Shown: positions 20,307 through 29,815 of the stretch, one piece after another
Position numbering within the stretch: the stretch's first letter is position 1
Layout of the letters: every line of letters begins with the position of its first letter
Virus record (IMG/VR): IMGVR_UViG_3300044825_001015
Span: 32,001 to 96,000 of that record
Direction: 5' to 3' (one strand)
Source of the DNA: a virus
Length of the DNA stretch: 64,000 bases
Notes under the pieces: model-generated
Seen by the model: only the letters and a program-made list of their open reading frames with translations
The model's database searches: none
Told to the model about the DNA's origin: nothing
Made by a program: the position numbers and the translations under genes

Positions 20307-22841
20307 ATGACAGTAAAAGCATTTAGATCAGCCTGGACATTAGTTAAAAATATAAAATCATTTAGATCTGGCATTGGATGGACAGATATTAAAAACATAC
20401 GCGCATGGCGCGACCCCAATGGGGATAATATTGGATTCTGGGATCTAGTTTATCCAGATTTACCAATATCTTCTGTAACTCCATTCGTATCTGGTACTGG
20501 GGAACCAGGAACTACATTTTCTCTATCCAATAATCAGCCATGGGTTAATGATGGGTATGTTAGAGTTCAAAATACTACTTACCAATGGGCTAGGTCAACA
20601 ACATCTGGAGGCCCATATACCAATGTTTCTGGTGCTACTTCATCAACATACAATATTCAATCATCAGACTTAAATAATTATTTTATATGTAGAATTACAG
20701 GAACTAATGCAAAAGGCTCTACAACAGTTAATTCTTCACAAAGTTTACTAGTTAGTGATCCAAATTACACCTTTAACTTTTTACAGGAATTTGGAGTCAA
20801 TGCTAACGCAATGATTATATTTGACAAAACAAATAATGTCTTCCCAGACACCGATATATTAATTATATCAGGAAGAGTACTCGCTTATTTCTTTGGGGAC
20901 TACAAGCATTTTGATTTATGGTATAGATCAGATGCGACTACATTTAGACTTTATCATAGGATGTATAGAAATGATAGAACAACTAGGCCATCAACACCAG
21001 ATATAGAATATGAAATAGTATTTACTAATGGTAGTAGAGTAGTAGATATATTTGTAATTAATCCAATAGCAACACAATACATATTAGATGATGTAGCATA
21101 CCTAAAAGATTTTTTCCAGCAATTTAAAAGTTATAATATAGCGAATTACGCAGCGGGAAGAAGATTTAGGGTTACTATGGATAGCACTACTGGAATATTT
21201 CAGGATTTCGCCTCGCCGTCAACAACAAGTCCTTCATTTACTGATGGATGGATATATATTTCTTCTGGTAATGATAGTACTACTGGTACTATTACTTTTA
21301 GTTCATTACAAAATTTTCCATCCCCGTTGTCACCAGCACAGACGTTTGTTGGTCCCTACTTTTCATTTAATAAGTCAAATATGTTTTTCCCAAGATCGGT
21401 TACTATTAATAATGTATCCTATTCTAGTACGACTCAAGCAAGCGTATCTTGGTCGTATGGCACTTCAAGTCCATTAAACGGAACTTCATATACTATAGAA
21501 GTTTTGAATTCATCACAAACATCTGTTTTATCTACTCAGAATACTACTTTAACTTCAGCAACAGTATCTGGACTTACAGTTGGAACATCATATGTAATTA
21601 GAGTTACCCCTAATTCAAGATCAGATTTTTTTGGTCAATATGGATTTCCTACTGTGTCAAATTATTTACATGCTACTGTTCCTGGTGCCCCAACTGGAGT
21701 AACGGGTACTTCTGGAAATACTCAGGTAGCATTAAGTTGGACAGCGCCAACCTCTAATGGTGGATCTAACATTACTGGATATAAAATAAGATATTCTACA
21801 AATGGTGGTGTTAGTTGGCTTCCAGCAACACCAATTTCTACTGGAAGCACAACAACTTCATTTACTGTAACTGGACTAACTAATGGGACTTCATATATAT
21901 TTCAGGTACTTGCTACCAATGCAATTGGAGATGGGGCATGGTCTTCATCCAGTTCATCAGTCACTCCGCAAGCAGTTGCTAGTAGAATTGGAGTAACGGT
22001 TTCCCCTGCTAGTGTACAAACTTTAAGTCAGACTGCTACATTTACTGCACAATTACAGGATAATGCAACTCCGCCTAATAATGTTTCTATAAGTGGTAGA
22101 AGTATAACTTTTACATTAAATCCAGCCGCTGGAGGAAGTATTAATACAACATCTGGGACAACAGATGCTAATGGCAGGGCGCAAGTTACATTTACTTCTG
22201 GATCACTAGGAGGAACTGCAACTGTTACTGCCACATCTACTGGATTAACTCAAGGTTCAGCAGATTTAACAGTAACCCTTAGAGATGCATTAAATCCAAC
22301 AATAACTGGAACTAGCACTACTAAAGGGGTCTCATTTTCAAATACGAATCGTGACGCTGCATGGACATATTCTAATTGGATTGGACCTACAGTTGGAACG
22401 CTAGAATCTGGGGACTCGTATAATAATGCACAGTTCGATATATTAGTTCCAAGAGTAAAAAATCAAAATCCAAGTCTGACTGTAAATAGAACTGTCGGAA
22501 GTGGAGGAAACGCAGAAACAACAGATACTACATTTAATGCTAATAGAAGCGTATCTATACAACTAATTTCATCAAGATCTGGGTATGCTTCTGGATTTAG
22601 TAATAGCGCTACCGCTACTGCTGGAGTTAGCATAGATGCTACTAGATCATATCAATGGCAACAATTTACTAATGGAACATGGAACACAAGTTTTGGAACA
22701 GCATTTTCAGGAATGCAAACCTTCAGATTGTCGTGGAGTAATAGAACCTTTACTTCTAGACAAATTAGATGTAGGGTAACTACTACATTTAGTGATGGCA
22801 CTTCTGATATATCATTCAGCAATGAGCCAACTATTCCATAA
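20307..22841 (+). CDS. Ser/Thr-rich adhesin-like virion protein with Ig, FN3 and Big_1 domains
   Basis: 'VPGAPTGV..VALSWTAPTSNGGSNITGY' (FN3), 'TTDANGRAQVTFTS' (Big_1) and 'TYQW' Ig motifs. Confidence 0.75.
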   Translation: MTVKAFRSAWTLVKNIKSFRSGIGWTDIKNIRAWRDPNGDNIGFWDLVYPDLPISSVTPFVSGTGEPGTTFSLSNNQPWVNDGYVRVQNTTYQWARSTTSGGPYTNVSGATSSTYNIQSSDLNNYFICRITGTNAKGSTTVNSSQSLLVSDPNYTFNFLQEFGVNANAMIIFDKTNNVFPDTDILIISGRVLAYFFGDYKHFDLWYRSDATTFRLYHRMYRNDRTTRPSTPDIEYEIVFTNGSRVVDIFVINPIATQYILDDVAYLKDFFQQFKSYNIANYAAGRRFRVTMDSTTGIFQDFASPSTTSPSFTDGWIYISSGNDSTTGTITFSSLQNFPSPLSPAQTFVGPYFSFNKSNMFFPRSVTINNVSYSSTTQASVSWSYGTSSPLNGTSYTIEVLNSSQTSVLSTQNTTLTSATVSGLTVGTSYVIRVTPNSRSDFFGQYGFPTVSNYLHATVPGAPTGVTGTSGNTQVALSWTAPTSNGGSNITGYKIRYSTNGGVSWLPATPISTGSTTTSFTVTGLTNGTSYIFQVLATNAIGDGAWSSSSSSVTPQAVASRIGVTVSPASVQTLSQTATFTAQLQDNATPPNNVSISGRSITFTLNPAAGGSINTTSGTTDANGRAQVTFTSGSLGGTATVTATSTGLTQGSADLTVTLRDALNPTITGTSTTKGVSFSNTNRDAAWTYSNWIGPTVGTLESGDSYNNAQFDILVPRVKNQNPSLTVNRTVGSGGNAETTDTTFNANRSVSIQLISSRSGYASGFSNSATATAGVSIDATRSYQWQQFTNGTWNTSFGTAFSGMQTFRLSWSNRTFTSRQIRCRVTTTFSDGTSDISFSNEPTIP

Positions 22842-22866
22842 TGATATAATATAAAAGGAGGTAAAA

Positions 22867-23088
22867 ATGGAAGCATATCAAGTATTGACAAATGAAGAAA
22901 AAGCAACTTCTATTAGATCTAAGATAAAAAGTCTTCAGTACCAAAAGTACAGTTTTGAATTAGATTTAATTGCAGAAAACGCTATTAGCGAGCCAAATCA
23001 AACATCTATTTCTGAAATTCAAAAACAAATAGATAATTTAAATGATCGTCAGGCTGCTCTTCAATCTGAATTAGATAGCATATCTTAA
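22867..23088 (+). CDS. Small coiled-coil protein (possible fibre chaperone)
   Basis: Strong SD AAGGAGGT; TGATATAAT at 22842. Confidence 0.45.
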   Translation: MEAYQVLTNEEKATSIRSKIKSLQYQKYSFELDLIAENAISEPNQTSISEIQKQIDNLNDRQAALQSELDSIS

Positions 23089-23089
23089 T

Positions 23090-23545
23090 ATGGAAAGCAT
23101 AGTAGTTGATACAGATATAGAATTAGGAGAGTGGCCTCAAGAATTTTCTGGCGCTTGGATGTATATCTACTACGATTTTCCTACTACAGATACAGTAATG
23201 TGCCTGTTTTTTGATTCAGATTTTGAAGAAGGAACTGTCATAGAAGGATATAGACCAACTATACAAATTCCATCAGCATATGTATCCTGGAAAGAAGATG
23301 GGGTATGCAGAGATATATTTGTACATCCAGATTTTAGAAGGCTTGGCGTAGGGTCAAAACTCTGCGCCTATGCTCGTTCTTATTTATTAAAAGAAGATAA
23401 AGTATTCAATGCTCCAGAAACAATGTCTGCTGCTGCTGACGGAATGTATGAAAAAATTTCAGAGGTATATGGAGAGCCTTATCACACTCCAAATGTAGTT
23501 TCACATCCAATACCGTATGGCTATTGGGGAGGATATTTAGTATAA
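23090..23545 (+). CDS. GNAT-family acetyltransferase
   Basis: Acetyl-CoA binding motif 'IFVHPDFRRLGVGSKL'. Confidence 0.7.
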   Translation: MESIVVDTDIELGEWPQEFSGAWMYIYYDFPTTDTVMCLFFDSDFEEGTVIEGYRPTIQIPSAYVSWKEDGVCRDIFVHPDFRRLGVGSKLCAYARSYLLKEDKVFNAPETMSAAADGMYEKISEVYGEPYHTPNVVSHPIPYGYWGGYLV

Positions 23546-23570
23546 TGTACTTACTATTGAAAGGATTTTT

Positions 23571-23744
23571 ATGTCAAACACATTAGAGTTAGTAGTGCAA
23601 GAACTTCAAAATAGAATTGGTCAGATTACATCAAACTATGAACTTCAGATGGCTATGCTAAAGGCTCAAGCCACAGATGAGATTCAAAAGCGTGACGCAC
23701 AGATTCAAGAACTTCAAGAGGGCAAGCCAAAGGAAACTAAGTGA
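23571..23744 (+). CDS. Small coiled-coil hypothetical protein (57 aa, not in ORF track)
   Basis: MSNTLELVVQELQNRIGQITSNYE...; SD GAAAGGA. Confidence 0.7.
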   Translation: MSNTLELVVQELQNRIGQITSNYELQMAMLKAQATDEIQKRDAQIQELQEGKPKETK

Positions 23745-24136
23745 GTGCAATCAATGAAGCATATGCAAGAATAGATTTTGCATATCTTAGATCATTGGAA
23801 GAAAAAATAGCAGCGCTAGATAGTAAAGTTGCTGATCTAGATAAGCAAGTTGATAATCTAGATGGAGAAGATAATAGTTTTTCAAATAAAAGATTTGTTA
23901 CTAAAAGAATATCTTTAAATGCAAAAACTAATTCTGGTAAAGTTACTTTTAGCCCAGCGTTTGCTTCCGTTCCAGTAGTTGTATTCTCTGCCCAAGATGA
24001 TTCTGGTGTTTCTAGATCAATAACTATTACTGAAATTACTAAGGATTATGTTAAGTTTTCTGTAAAAGTTGTATCTGGAACATCTAAGACTGGTAAATAT
24101 TCAATTCATATGATGGCGTTGGGTAGAAGTAAGTAG
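23741..24136 (+). CDS. Virion-associated protein, coiled coil plus beta-sandwich (H-type-lectin-like)
   Basis: 'VTFSPAFASVPVVV' and 'IHMMALG' motifs. Confidence 0.5.
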   Translation: MSAINEAYARIDFAYLRSLEEKIAALDSKVADLDKQVDNLDGEDNSFSNKRFVTKRISLNAKTNSGKVTFSPAFASVPVVVFSAQDDSGVSRSITITEITKDYVKFSVKVVSGTSKTGKYSIHMMALGRSK

Positions 24137-24396
24137 TGCCATACAAGCCAATAAATAATTGGTCTGGAAGAAAAACAAAAATACAAGATGGATATGTTTT
24201 AGTCTGGATTCCAGAGCATCCAAAATGTTTTGGTGGCGGGTGGTATTATGAACATCGACTAGTCATGGAAAAAAAGTATTCTAGAATACTAAAAGATTGG
24301 GAAACAGTACATCATATAAATGGTGACAAAGAATATAACGAGGAGTATAATCTTTTCGTATGTACTCGCGCCCAACATATGAAGGCGCATAAATAG
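24136..24396 (+). CDS. HNH endonuclease (HNH_3 type)
   Basis: 'YEHRLVME...VHHINGDK.N..NL'. Confidence 0.8.
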   Translation: MPYKPINNWSGRKTKIQDGYVLVWIPEHPKCFGGGWYYEHRLVMEKKYSRILKDWETVHHINGDKEYNEEYNLFVCTRAQHMKAHK

Positions 24397-24407
24397 ATAG
24401 GAATTTT

Positions 24408-25163
24408 ATGAATAACGATTTAAAGTGGATGATGGTTTCAGACGTTCACTTTCCTAGGCACGACCCGCGTAAGGTAGAACTATTTCTTAAAGTAATGAAA
24501 TGGTTTAAGCCAGATGCAGTAGACTTGCTTGGAGATATTGACGATGCAGATTCCACAAGTCGTTGGGCGGCTGATAAGCCGTTAGAAATGTCAATTTCAT
24601 TAGAAGATGGAGGGGTTCGTGAAACAAGACAGTTCCTCAAGGACATTAGAAAGATCGTACCCAATGCTGATTGTCATTTTCACGATGGGAATCATGGCTG
24701 GACTCGCCACGGCGAATACCTTGCTAAAAAAGCGCCACAATTCCTTGAATTAGTAACCGCAGATACATTATATGATTATTCAAATGCTGGGTTTGAGTGG
24801 CACAATTGGAATGAACCTCCAGTAAAAAGATTTGGAGACATGTATGGTCATCATGGAGAATCTATCTCTAAGCACGCTGGAGAATCAGTTCGTAATGACG
24901 TAAACAATTGGGGCGTTTCTCTAGTGCGAGGACATTCTCACAGAATGGGTGCATACTTCCAGACATATAATCTTTCTGGTCAAGAGTTGCGTGGCTATGA
25001 AATTGGGCATCTTTGTGATGAAGATCAGATGGACTACTCTATCCAAAAGAACTGGCAGGCAGGATTTGCTGTAGCCCATGTCGTAAATGATTATCCTCAC
25101 ATGCAACTAATTCAGATTCATGATTATACCTGTGTTGTAGATGGAAAGGTATTTACAGCATGA
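24408..25163 (+). CDS. Calcineurin-like metallophosphoesterase
   Basis: SDVH, LGDIDD, GNH, HG and GHSH motifs. Confidence 0.85.
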   Translation: MNNDLKWMMVSDVHFPRHDPRKVELFLKVMKWFKPDAVDLLGDIDDADSTSRWAADKPLEMSISLEDGGVRETRQFLKDIRKIVPNADCHFHDGNHGWTRHGEYLAKKAPQFLELVTADTLYDYSNAGFEWHNWNEPPVKRFGDMYGHHGESISKHAGESVRNDVNNWGVSLVRGHSHRMGAYFQTYNLSGQELRGYEIGHLCDEDQMDYSIQKNWQAGFAVAHVVNDYPHMQLIQIHDYTCVVDGKVFTA

Positions 25164-25330
25164 ATCACAAAAAATGTGGCGGAAGTGTATTTATTGATAG
25201 AGTTTTTAGTCATGAATTAAGACTAGATTTATTCTGCCTCAGATGTGGTAATAGATGGTTTATTAAACGAAACAAAGGTGCTTTTGGAAGATGGTTAAGC
25301 GAAATAGAATTAAAAAAGGCTCTTCCCTAA
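25160..25330 (+). CDS. Small zinc-ribbon protein (56 aa, not in ORF track)
   Basis: MNHKKCGG...FCLRCG; overlaps the upstream stop codon (ATGA). Confidence 0.65.
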   Translation: MNHKKCGGSVFIDRVFSHELRLDLFCLRCGNRWFIKRNKGAFGRWLSEIELKKALP

Positions 25331-25806
25331 GATACTTTTTTTTAAATGGTCAACATCATAAATGTTTAAGAATTAGTAGATCTGAAGATATCCTAGTTGC
25401 TTGGAATTACCCAGATGGTAAAAGAGTTACATATATTTGGTCTGTTGCTAAAAAAGATATAGGTCGTGCATTTACTGTTAAAATGGTATCAAATATATTC
25501 CAAAGAGACAGATTAATAATTCACGACTATATAAAAAATGGTAAGATAAAAAGACCAGCACAGACCTATTCTCTAGATGGAGAGAAAAGGCCAGGTAAGT
25601 TTTTATTTAGTGAAGATGATTTAAGAGATTTACATTCTTATTTATTGACTGTCCATAGGGGAAGGCCCAGAAAAGATGGACAAATAACTCAGTCTAAGGT
25701 AATGTCTAGGGCAGAACTAGAAGCACTAATGAGAGAAGATACTGTTTTATATACAAAAGACTCTGCTGGAGAATTTGTTCCAGTATGGAAGCAACCAGAT
25801 TGGTGA
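25291..25806 (+). CDS. HTH DNA-binding protein with AT-hook (RGRPRK)
   Basis: MerR/excisionase-like HTH segment and GRPRK motif. Confidence 0.55.
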   Translation: MVKRNRIKKGSSLRYFFLNGQHHKCLRISRSEDILVAWNYPDGKRVTYIWSVAKKDIGRAFTVKMVSNIFQRDRLIIHDYIKNGKIKRPAQTYSLDGEKRPGKFLFSEDDLRDLHSYLLTVHRGRPRKDGQITQSKVMSRAELEALMREDTVLYTKDSAGEFVPVWKQPDW

Positions 25807-25808
25807 TT

Positions 25809-26042
25809 ATGGGTAAAAAGAAAAAGCAAGAAGATAAAATATTAGATCAAGATGGAATCCTTAGTGAGTGTGCAACATCGTTAGATACAGCATTTACTTA
25901 TGCTGTTGAGCATAGGGATGTTGAGGCTATGCTGGCAGTATCAGATAGATGGCTAAGACTTTATGCTATGCTATCCCAATTAGAAGAAGATCAAAAAGAA
26001 CAATTAAAGTTAGGATTTATTGATGACAACTCACAATCATGA
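25809..26042 (+). CDS. Hypothetical protein
   Basis: Start MGKKKK just after the upstream stop. Confidence 0.55.
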   Translation: MGKKKKQEDKILDQDGILSECATSLDTAFTYAVEHRDVEAMLAVSDRWLRLYAMLSQLEEDQKEQLKLGFIDDNSQS

Positions 26043-26241
26043 ATCGACTAATGTCAGAGTAGAGTTACAGTTTGTAAGAAATCTTGGTAACTATGAAAGT
26101 TTAAGAGTGTCTATTGGAGTAGAAGACTATGTTCGTCAAGGAGAAACTGTTGACGCAGCAACCGATAGGGTGTATGATTTCGTAGAAGGAAAAATTGTAG
26201 AAAAGGTTTCAGATATTGAGAAGGAGTTAAAGAATGGCTAA
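26020..26241 (+). CDS. Conserved phage hypothetical protein
   Basis: 'NLGNYESLRV.IG' motif. Confidence 0.6.
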   Translation: MMTTHNHESTNVRVELQFVRNLGNYESLRVSIGVEDYVRQGETVDAATDRVYDFVEGKIVEKVSDIEKELKNG

Positions 26242-26557
26242 GGCTGATACCAAACAGCCATACGCACTTCTAAGCCTTTATGAAAAATTGTATACTGAAA
26301 AGTACAACAAAAGTGCCCGACTTAATAAGTTCAAAGAAAAGTGGGCTATGCAAGACGTTATTGAATCAGTCGGCTATGACAGGGCGAGAGAACTGCTTGA
26401 GTATTATTTTCGCGTTACTAAGCAGGGGCATCCGATTCAATGGTTCTTCTATAATTTCGACAGACTAGACGAAATGCTTCTTCAATCAGAAGAAGATGCA
26501 ATAAGGCGCAGGAAAATGCGCGAGGCTACTAAGAAGATGGTGGAGGAAAGACTATGA
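26234..26557 (+). CDS. Hypothetical protein (possible helicase loader)
   Basis: Directly upstream of DnaB; SD AAGGAG. Confidence 0.5.
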   Translation: MAKADTKQPYALLSLYEKLYTEKYNKSARLNKFKEKWAMQDVIESVGYDRARELLEYYFRVTKQGHPIQWFFYNFDRLDEMLLQSEEDAIRRRKMREATKKMVEERL

Positions 26558-27780
26558 ACACAGAAGCAGCAGTTATTACTTCAGTATGCAAGAATAAAGA
26601 TATCTCCACCATTCTTGCTGATAATGTAGATGAGATCTTCCAATCACATAGAGATGTGTGGGAAGGTCTAAAGTCGTATTACTATAAGTTCAAGTCTGTT
26701 CCAGAAGTTAATGTACTTCAAGAAAAGTTTAGGGATTTTGAGCCAGTAAACGTTACTGCTGAAACTGGATACTATGTTGATCAGTTAAAGAATGAATATC
26801 TTTCTTCTAGAATGAGAAATCTTCTCATGAAGAGTGGTGCATCTCTTAAGGATAATGCAGCATCAAGAGTTCTTTCAGATATGCAATCAGAAATTGCATC
26901 ACTATCTAGGCTTACAAATAATGTTCGTGACGTAGACCTTACGGATTATGAACTTGCAGAAAAGCATCTTATTGCTGTTAAAGAGCGCTCAGATGTTATG
27001 GGTGGAAGCCCAGGAATTAAAAGCGGATTTACCGCACTAGACTTAGCCTATCCTACAGGTATGGCACCAGGACACCTAATCGTCGCTATTGGCTGGCCTG
27101 GAAGGGGAAAGACATGGATGACCTCCTACCTTGCTTGCAAGGCTTGGGAGCAGGGCTTCAAGCCAATGATTGTATCTCTAGAGATGAGTCCTGAGAACAT
27201 GCGTGACCGTATTTACACAATGCTTGGTAGCGGTATGTTTAGGGCTTCTGATTTTTCACGCGGCAATATTAATATTGATGACTTCCATCATTGGGCTAAG
27301 AAGCGCTTTGATGATAAAAATGGATTTATTCTAGTATCAAACGAGGGAACAAATGAAGTTACTCCACAGACAGTACAAGGTAAGATCGATCAGCATCGCC
27401 CCGACCTTGTTATCCTTGATTATCACCAGTTGTTTAATGACACTAAGCGATCTAATTCTGAAGTTGAGCGGAACCGAAACATATCGCGGGAATTCAAACT
27501 ACTAGCAGTTCGTAATAACATTCCAGTAATTGATATTACTGCAGCCACAATGGATGACGTATCAGATCAAGATGCTCCACCATTACTATCACAGGTAGCA
27601 TGGTCAAAGGCTATTGAATATGATGCTGATATGGCTATGGCTGTACATCGTCATCCAGATACCAATATTATTGAGGTTGTCTCACGAAAGAATAGGCATG
27701 GTACAGATTTTGCCTTCTACCTTGATTGGGACATTGACCGAGGTATTGTTAAAGAGATTTACGATGATATACCAGTCTGA
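26554..27780 (+). CDS. dnaB: Replicative DNA helicase (DnaB-like)
   Basis: Walker A GWPGRGKT, SLEM, ILDY, 'IEYDAD' and KNRHG motifs. Confidence 0.92.
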   Translation: MNTEAAVITSVCKNKDISTILADNVDEIFQSHRDVWEGLKSYYYKFKSVPEVNVLQEKFRDFEPVNVTAETGYYVDQLKNEYLSSRMRNLLMKSGASLKDNAASRVLSDMQSEIASLSRLTNNVRDVDLTDYELAEKHLIAVKERSDVMGGSPGIKSGFTALDLAYPTGMAPGHLIVAIGWPGRGKTWMTSYLACKAWEQGFKPMIVSLEMSPENMRDRIYTMLGSGMFRASDFSRGNINIDDFHHWAKKRFDDKNGFILVSNEGTNEVTPQTVQGKIDQHRPDLVILDYHQLFNDTKRSNSEVERNRNISREFKLLAVRNNIPVIDITAATMDDVSDQDAPPLLSQVAWSKAIEYDADMAMAVHRHPDTNIIEVVSRKNRHGTDFAFYLDWDIDRGIVKEIYDDIPV

Positions 27781-27797
27781 TGTATAATTGACTTATA

Positions 27798-28076
27798 ATG
27801 AATAAAAAACTGAAGAGTTTCGGAATGCAGGGACAGATTAATGATGATGCTGCTATTCCAAGGTTAAGATCTCAATATGAAGCATTAATAGAATCAGACA
27901 TGAGAGAGCAAGGATACGTCCCGATACTTGACCTAGAAACTCAGTTTTCTTTATCATATGTTGAAGAAAAAGACTTGTATGAATTTGATCTAATAGTGTA
28001 TGGTATATATGTGGGAAAGAAAAAGTCTCACATGTATGAAGGTTTCTCAGGACAAACATTAGTCCCTAAAAAATAA
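27798..28076 (+). CDS. Hypothetical protein
   Basis: ORF between helicase and primase. Confidence 0.6.
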   Translation: MNKKLKSFGMQGQINDDAAIPRLRSQYEALIESDMREQGYVPILDLETQFSLSYVEEKDLYEFDLIVYGIYVGKKKSHMYEGFSGQTLVPKK

Positions 28077-28084
28077 GGAAATAA

Positions 28085-29044
28085 ATGCTATTGGAAACTT
28101 ACAGTCCCTCGCATATGCGAGCCATAGTAAGGCAACTTGGCCTACATGTTGTAAGTGAAACCTCTAATGACTTTTTATGTCTATGCCCATTTCATGGAAA
28201 TAGGCATACACCATCATTCTCAGTAAGTCATCAAAAGGGTTTATACCTCTGCTTTAATCCATCATGCGGTGCTAGTGGAACTATTGTAGAGTTGGTAAAG
28301 AATATGACTAAGAGAAATGAATATGAGGCTCTTAGATTTATTCTTTCTGCCCAAGTAGAAGCCGCAGCGCACTTTGAGGATGAGTTAGCAGAGATACTTG
28401 ATGATAAGCCTGAATACACCGACTTTGACCAGAATGTCTTAGATCGCCTATATTCTCAAATGAATGATAGGGCAAGAGAATACCTTAATGGACGAGGTAT
28501 TGATGATGAGTCCATTGATCATTTTAAACTAGGATACTCTGCTAGCCAGGACATGGTTATTGTTCCAGTACATTCACCAGATGGAATTCCTGTGGGTCTT
28601 GTAGGAAGATCAATAGAAGGCAAATCCTTTAAGAACAGTACTGGATTGCCAAGAAATAAAACTATGTTTAATATCCATCGTGCTAAGAGAATGGGTGGAT
28701 CAGTAATAATTGTGGAGTCTTCTTTCGATGCAATTAGAGTTCATCAGTCTGGGTATCCAAATGTTGTGGCTACACTAGGAGGATTCATGTCAAAAATCAA
28801 TATGCAGAATCTGAATAGGAACTTTACTAAAATAATAATTATGACTGACGCTGATCAGGCTGGAAGAGAACTTGGTAAAAATATAGCAGAGACTTTAAAG
28901 AATAAAGAAATCTTGTGGGCACACTATTCAAATGATATTCTATATCCACATGACGCAAAAGATGTAGGGGACATGACAGAAGAAGAGATTAGAATTTGCA
29001 TAGAAAATTCCCTTGCCGATTACGAATACAGAATGGTACAATAG
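28085..29044 (+). CDS. dnaG: DNA primase (CHC2 zinc finger + TOPRIM)
   Basis: CPFH..TPSF..C..C zinc finger; VES.FD; DAD.AG. Confidence 0.92.
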   Translation: MLLETYSPSHMRAIVRQLGLHVVSETSNDFLCLCPFHGNRHTPSFSVSHQKGLYLCFNPSCGASGTIVELVKNMTKRNEYEALRFILSAQVEAAAHFEDELAEILDDKPEYTDFDQNVLDRLYSQMNDRAREYLNGRGIDDESIDHFKLGYSASQDMVIVPVHSPDGIPVGLVGRSIEGKSFKNSTGLPRNKTMFNIHRAKRMGGSVIIVESSFDAIRVHQSGYPNVVATLGGFMSKINMQNLNRNFTKIIIMTDADQAGRELGKNIAETLKNKEILWAHYSNDILYPHDAKDVGDMTEEEIRICIENSLADYEYRMVQ

Positions 29045-29088
29045 ATATACAGGGCATCCTATAGCCCAATACACTTAGGAGATATATT

Positions 29089-29754
29089 ATGGGATTAGTA
29101 AAAGGTCTTAAGGCCATGAACCAAACAATTGATCGCCCCGCTGCTTCTTCAGACGGCCCTCGCGGTCGCTGGCTAAAGTTGAACGATGGTCAGAGTGTTA
29201 AGATTAAATTTCTTCAGGAACTAGATCCTGATTCACCAAATTACAATGATAAGGCTGGACTAGCATTTATTGCTGTTGAGCATACCAACCCATCCGATTA
29301 CCGTCGCAAGGCTCTTTGTAGCATTGAAGATCAGGGTCGTTGCTTTGGATGCGAAATGCATCGTCGTGACCCCAAGGCTGGATGGAAGGGCCGTAGCCGA
29401 CTCTACTGCAACATTCTTGTAAATGATGGTAATGAAGATCCATACGTTGCAATTTTCTCTCAGGGTACTGGACCAAAGTCAGCAACGCCTGAGATTATTC
29501 AATATGCTGGAGAGACTGGAAGCATTACTTCCAACACCTGGCGATTGAAGCGCACAGGTGAGCGCACAGATACAAACTACAGCATTATTCCTCTACCTAC
29601 TGATTCAGATCCAGTAGATATTGATGAACTAGAACTGTTCGATCTTGAGAAGTTGGCAGTTCGTGATGTTCCTTACGATGAGCAAGAATCCTTCTACACA
29701 GGTGTTTCTGGTGGAGAAGAGAGCGGTTCATCATCATCAAATGTTGAATGGTAA
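29089..29754 (+). CDS. Single-stranded DNA-binding protein (gp32-like)
   Basis: Zn-binding His/Cys residues, acidic tail ending in W, position between primase and polymerase. Confidence 0.7.
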   Translation: MGLVKGLKAMNQTIDRPAASSDGPRGRWLKLNDGQSVKIKFLQELDPDSPNYNDKAGLAFIAVEHTNPSDYRRKALCSIEDQGRCFGCEMHRRDPKAGWKGRSRLYCNILVNDGNEDPYVAIFSQGTGPKSATPEIIQYAGETGSITSNTWRLKRTGERTDTNYSIIPLPTDSDPVDIDELELFDLEKLAVRDVPYDEQESFYTGVSGGEESGSSSSNVEW

Positions 29755-29770
29755 ATAGAAGATATGCTAC

Positions 29771-29798
29771 GCTAGGGCGGTAGAAATACCGCCCTAGC
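29771..29798 (+). terminator. GC-rich hairpin GCTAGGGCGGTA-GAAA-TACCGCCCTAGC
   Basis: Perfect 12-bp stem with a GNRA loop and no U tract, as seen in actinobacterial terminators/attenuators. Confidence 0.65.
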
Positions 29799-29815
29799 AG
29801 CATTATAGGAGACAA

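Noticed and set aside
17336-22841. Diversity-generating retroelement acting on the fibres
   Set aside because: No reverse transcriptase and no template/variable repeat pair seen.
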